A DNA stretch of 41,407 bases from Oscillatoria nigro-viridis PCC 7112 (GTDB lineage Bacteria > Actinomycetota > Actinomycetes > Mycobacteriales > Jatrophihabitantaceae): NCBI GenBank assembly GCA_964658795.1, contig CAZZZW010000001.1:1-41407 (forward strand), in the 5' to 3' direction. Positions 37,360-41,407 of this stretch are shown here, in pieces; position 1 is the stretch's first letter; each line of letters begins with the position of its first letter. A program made the position numbers and the translations under genes. The notes below the pieces were generated by a model. That model worked only from the letters and a program-made list of their open reading frames with translations, was not told the DNA's origin and did not search any database.

Positions 37360-38205
37360 TCAGGCGAGCCGCGTGACCTGGACCAGTACCCCGAGCGCCG
37401 ACGATGGCGGGCCGGAGTAGATGCCCTTGAGCGGGGTGACGTCGTCGTAGTCCCGGCCGCGGGCAACCAGCACATGGTGCTCACCGGCCGGCTGGCGGTT
37501 GGTGGGGTCGTAACCGACCCACTCGCCGTCCCACCATTCGACCCAGGCGTGGCTCTCGCCGTCGACGGTGCGGCCGATCTCGGCCGCCGAGTCCGGATGC
37601 AGGTAACCGGAGACGTAGCGGGCCGGCAACCCGATCGAACGCAGCATCGCCAGCGAGATGTGGGCGAAGTCCTGGCAGACGCCGCTGCCGGCGTCCCAGG
37701 CCTGCATGGCCGAGGTCTTGACGTCGGTCGAGCCCGGCACGTACGTCAGGCGTTCACCGATCACATCGAGGCAGGTCTGCGCGGTCTCGGTGGGGCTGCC
37801 GCCGCGGCCGGCGATCTCTCGGGCCAGCTCGGACAGGGTGCCGTTCGGATCGGTGCGCGGGGTGATGTCGAGCCACTCCGAGTACTGGTCGATGACCGGA
37901 TCGCTGCGCAGCACCTGCCAGTCCAGTCCACCCGGCGTCCAGTCCCGCAGTCCGGTCTCGACCACACTGGTCGCCACCACCTCGAGCTCGGCGTGCGGGG
38001 AATGCAGGTCGAACGCGGTTACCTCGGTGCCCCAGTAGTCCCGGTAGCGATAGGTGCTGGCGTTCGGGCTGATGTCGACCCGGGACTCCAGCGTCGTCTG
38101 GTTCGGGTCGGTCAGCGGCGTCATCCGGGCCTCGTTGTAGGACGAGCGAACCTCCCCGTCGTAGGAGTACCCGGTGCGGTGACGCACCCGCATTCGCCAG
38201 GTCAT
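37360..38205 (-). CDS. transglutaminase-like protein
   Basis: GVCQDFAH, ARYVSGY, SHAWVE, YDPTN and GRDYDDV. Confidence 0.95.
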   Translation of the reverse strand: MTWRMRVRHRTGYSYDGEVRSSYNEARMTPLTDPNQTTLESRVDISPNASTYRYRDYWGTEVTAFDLHSPHAELEVVATSVVETGLRDWTPGGLDWQVLRSDPVIDQYSEWLDITPRTDPNGTLSELAREIAGRGGSPTETAQTCLDVIGERLTYVPGSTDVKTSAMQAWDAGSGVCQDFAHISLAMLRSIGLPARYVSGYLHPDSAAEIGRTVDGESHAWVEWWDGEWVGYDPTNRQPAGEHHVLVARGRDYDDVTPLKGIYSGPPSSALGVLVQVTRLA

Positions 38206-38233
38206 CGAAGATTCCCCTTTATCAACAAGGACA

Positions 38234-39166
38234 TCATGCGCCTTCCTCGCCGACCCAGGACAGTACGGTGTGCGGAAAGTAGCGATCGCCGAGAGCCTCG
38301 GTGGCCTCGGCGCACGCCTCCTGGATTGCTTCGAGCTGATCGGTGAGGTCGGCCAGCATGTCGTCGACACCCCGATATTCCAAGCCGGTCCGGGCTCGGC
38401 CGAGCAGCCGGATGGCGGCATCGGTGGATCCCAACCGCCCCTCGCCGGTGTCGAGCAGCCGCAGGCTGCTCTCGGCGGTGGACAGCGCCGCGAACATCGA
38501 ACGCGGGAACAGCCGATCCAGCAGGAGGAATTCGGCCGCGGTCCGCTCCGAGACCCGGCCCCGGTAGGTCCGCAGGTAGGCCTCGTAGGCCCCGCAGGAT
38601 CGCAGCAGGGTCGGCCAGCTCGGCACTGACCGGCTCATCGCCTGGGTGGTGATCATCAGCCGGGCCATCATGTCGACCCGCTCGATGCTGCGACCCAGCA
38701 CCAGGAACATCCAGCCCTCGTCGCGCGACATGGTCGAGTCGGTGATGCCGGCGACCAGGGCCGCCCGCTCGCGGACCCACTGGAAGTAGAGGTGCGGTCC
38801 GGTGCGCCGGGCCCGGCGGGCCTGTTCGTCCATTCGCAGGTAGGTCAGGTTCAGCGCTTCCCACAGCTCGGAGGACACCGCGTCGCGGGCGCTGCGGGCG
38901 TTCACCCTGGCTGCGGCGAGAGATCCGCTGATGGAGCTGGCGGCCTTCTGGTCGTAGGCCAGCTGCTGCAACACCTCGCTGACACCGGGACCGCGATCGG
39001 GTACCGGGCGTCCCATCACCTCGAACATGGCCCGGCAGGCCTCGGCCTCGACCGAGGCGTCCTCCAGGATCTGGTGTAGATAGATGTCCAGGATGCGCGC
39101 GGTGTCATCGGCCCGCTCGATGTATCGCCCGATCCAGAAAAGGGATTCCGCGATCCGGCTCAACAT
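38234..39166 (-). CDS. alpha-E (DUF403) domain protein
   Basis: MLSRIAESLFWIGRYIERA, GRSIERVD and FPRS. In frame with the upstream gene as sequenced. Confidence 0.9.
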   Translation of the reverse strand: MLSRIAESLFWIGRYIERADDTARILDIYLHQILEDASVEAEACRAMFEVMGRPVPDRGPGVSEVLQQLAYDQKAASSISGSLAAARVNARSARDAVSSELWEALNLTYLRMDEQARRARRTGPHLYFQWVRERAALVAGITDSTMSRDEGWMFLVLGRSIERVDMMARLMITTQAMSRSVPSWPTLLRSCGAYEAYLRTYRGRVSERTAAEFLLLDRLFPRSMFAALSTAESSLRLLDTGEGRLGSTDAAIRLLGRARTGLEYRGVDDMLADLTDQLEAIQEACAEATEALGDRYFPHTVLSWVGEEGA

Positions 39167-40753
39167 GAGCGGGCCTGTTGTTGCTGCTGTTGCTGTTGCT
39201 CCATGCCCGGACCGGGGGACCGGGCTGATCAGGTGCGCCTGGCGGGCGGACGGAGGCTCCAAGGCGATGTCGAAGTCGGCCATGTGATCGGCTTCCTCCT
39301 TGTTGTCGGCTGTGTTTCTGCGCGGCGAGGCCAGCACCAGGGTGTCCTTGGAGCCGCCGCCCTGGCTCGAGTTGACCACCAATGAGCCTTCCGGCAAGGC
39401 CACCCGGGTCAGGCCACCCGGCAGCACCCAGACGTCGTCACCATCGTTGACCGCGAACGGACGCAGGTCGACGTGCCGTGGCGCGATGTTGTCACCGATC
39501 ACCGTCGGCACCGTCGACAGGTGCACCACCTGTTGCGCGATCCAGCCCCTGGGATCGTCAATCACCTTTGTTCGCAGGATATCCAGCTCTTCCCGGCTGG
39601 CCTGCGGTCCGATCACGATGCCCTTGCCGCCGGAGCCGTCGACCGGCTTGAGCACGAGTTCGTCGAGCCGGTCGATCACCTCGGCCAGGTGATCAGGCTG
39701 CTCCAGGCGGAAGGTGTCGACGTTGTCGATGACCGGTTCCTCGTTGAGGAAGTAGCGCACCAGGTCGGGGACGTAGGTGTAGAGCAGCTTGTCGTCGGCC
39801 ACCCCGTTGCCGACCGCGTTGGCGATGGTCACGTTGCCGGCCCGGGCGGCGGTCAGCACGCCGGGGCAACCCAGCGCCGAATCGGGCCGGAAATGCACGG
39901 GATCCAGGAACGCGTCGTCGATCCGGCGATAGATGACGTCGACCCGGCGCAGGCCGAGGGTGGTCCGCATGCTGACCACGTTGTTGCGACAGACCAGATC
40001 GCGGCCCTCGACCAGTTCGACGCCCATGGTGCGAGCCAGCAGCGCATGTTCGAAGTAGGCCGCGTTGTAGGCACCGGGTGTCATCAGCACGACGGTCGGG
40101 TCGGTGACCCCTGGTGGTGCCGCCTTGCGCAGCGCCTGCAACAACCGGGCCGGGTAGTCCGAGACCGTGCGGGCCCGGACGCCGGCGAACAACTCCGGCA
40201 GGGCCTGCATCGTTGCTCGCCGGTTCTCCAACACGTAGCTGACTCCGGACGGCACCCGGACGTTGTCCTCGAGCACCCGGAACTTGCCCAGCTCGTCGCG
40301 GATCAGGTCGATGCCGGCAACGTGCACCCGAACCCCGTTGGCCGGCTCGATGCCGGCCGCGTGCCGTTCGAAGTACTTGGAGGTGATCAGCACCCGCTGT
40401 GGCACGACGCCGTCGGCGACACAGCGCCGGGGGCCGTAGACGTCGGCCAGGAAGGCCTCGAGCGCCTTGACCCGCTGGGCCACTCCCCGGGAAACGGTGG
40501 CCCACTCGCGGGCTTCGATGATGCGCGGGATGACGTCGAGCGGGAACGGACTCTCCACCCCGCCGACATCGAACGTCACGCCCCGGTCGAGGAAGGCCCG
40601 CGCCAGGTTCTCGGCCCGGGACTTCAGGTCGTCGGCGTCGAGGGACTGCACCGCGTTGACGACCGCGTCGTAGGCCGGTCGGACCTCGCCGGCCGAGGCG
40701 AACATCTCGTCCCAGGCCCTGCCGAAGCTGTAATCGGAGAACAGGTCCGCCAT
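39160..40753 (-). CDS. circularly permuted type 2 ATP-grasp protein (3' end frameshifted, reads through into alpha-E)
   Basis: GIDLIRD, VLEDNVRVPSGVSY, IYRRIDD, KPVDGSGG, RHVDLR and NSSQGGGSKDT. An out-of-frame EQQQQQQQQARSC* tail ends at 39160. Confidence 0.9.
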
Positions 40754-40902
40754 GGTCGCACGATATGGAGGCGCTGTTTCGGCATCGTTAACGCCGGCGT
40801 CGGGACTCACAGGTTGCTCTCCCTTCCGGCCTTGCGTCGTGGTGCTTGTCGCACAGACTAGGACTACCCGATCCGGTCGGTCGTTAGCCGTAGGCTGATC
40901 GC

Positions 40903-41202
40903 GTGGAACTGACACACACCGATGCCACCGGGGCGGCGCGGATGGTCGACGTCTCGGCCAAGGACGTCACCGTGCGGCAGGCCACGGCCTCGGCCGTGTT
41001 CCGGACCACGCCCGAGGTCATCACGTTGCTGCGGGCCGAGGGGCTGCCGAAGGGTGACGCCCTGGCGGTGGCGCGGATCGCCGGCATCGCCGCGGCCAAG
41101 CGGACGCCGGAGCTGGTGCCGTTGTGTCATCCGGTGGCCATCCACGGCGTGTCGGTCTCGCTCGAGCTGGCCCCAGAGGCGGTGCTGATCTCGGCCACGG
41201 CG
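40903..41202 (+). CDS. moaC: cyclic pyranopterin monophosphate synthase MoaC, N-terminal about 100 aa only
   Basis: MELTHTDATGAARMVDVSAK..KGDALAVARIAGIAAAKRTPELVPLCHP. The expected GVEMEAL motif does not follow. Confidence 0.9.
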
Positions 41203-41407
41203 CTGCCGGCGCGCTCCACATTCGGCCTCGGCGTGCTCGCGGTGGCCTGCGCCTCGGTCCTGTTCTTCTTCCATTTGCCGCTGCCCTGGGATTCCGACGA
41301 TCCCCTGGTGCTGCCGCCGATCTATCTCGTCGGCATCTGGCTCTCGATCGTGCTCGCGATCGGCGTCACCAGCCTCTACTCGTTTCAGGTGACCGAAGAG
41401 GCGCGCA
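41182..41407 (+). other. internal fragment of a RegB/RegS/ActS/PrrB-type redox sensor kinase, joined in frame to moaC (probable chimera)
   Basis: VLISATALPARSTFGLGVLAVACASVLFFFHLPLPWDSDDPLVLPPIYLVGIWLSIVLAIGVTSLYSFQVTEEAR resembles the TM region of alphaproteobacterial (Bradyrhizobium-like) RegS as I recall it. Confidence 0.75.

Noticed and set aside
1-41407. CRISPR arrays, rRNA, intact transposases or integrases
   Set aside because: I saw no regularly spaced repeats and no recognisable rRNA, transposase or integrase motifs; only the resolvase tail is present.

Overview
High-GC actinobacterial DNA in three blocks. (1) 1-18520 is an accessory region running off the 3' end of a tRNA-Arg(CCT). 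It holds a resolvase tail, a PadR pair, a GAF-ANTAR protein, a MarR-centred GH15/SDR and ThDP-enzyme/GMC/enolase catabolic cluster, STAS, ferritin-like and Lsr2-like genes, a dif-like site and several gene remnants. (2) 18634-33067 is an apparently complete class I lanthipeptide cluster of the microbisporicin (NAI-107)/planosporicin family: lanA-B-C-D-T-U-V-P450, divergent from ECF sigma, anti-sigma, ABC transporter, lipoprotein and LuxR-type genes. Its core, ITSVSLCTPGCTSAGGGSNCSFCC, differs from both reference peptides as I recall them and lacks the Trp4 and Pro14 tailoring sites of NAI-107, yet a P450 is translationally coupled to the operon. Two exact GAACC-N15-GCTAC ECF promoters are present. 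(3) 33083-41407 contains ordinary genes: GGDEF-EAL, SDR, and a CP-ATP-grasp/alpha-E/transglutaminase operon. It ends in a moaC that switches in frame to an alphaproteobacterial RegB/RegS-like sequence, probably an assembly chimera. Five apparent frameshifts all lie in homopolymer runs and may be sequencing errors. All family assignments come from motif recognition by eye; no searches were run.
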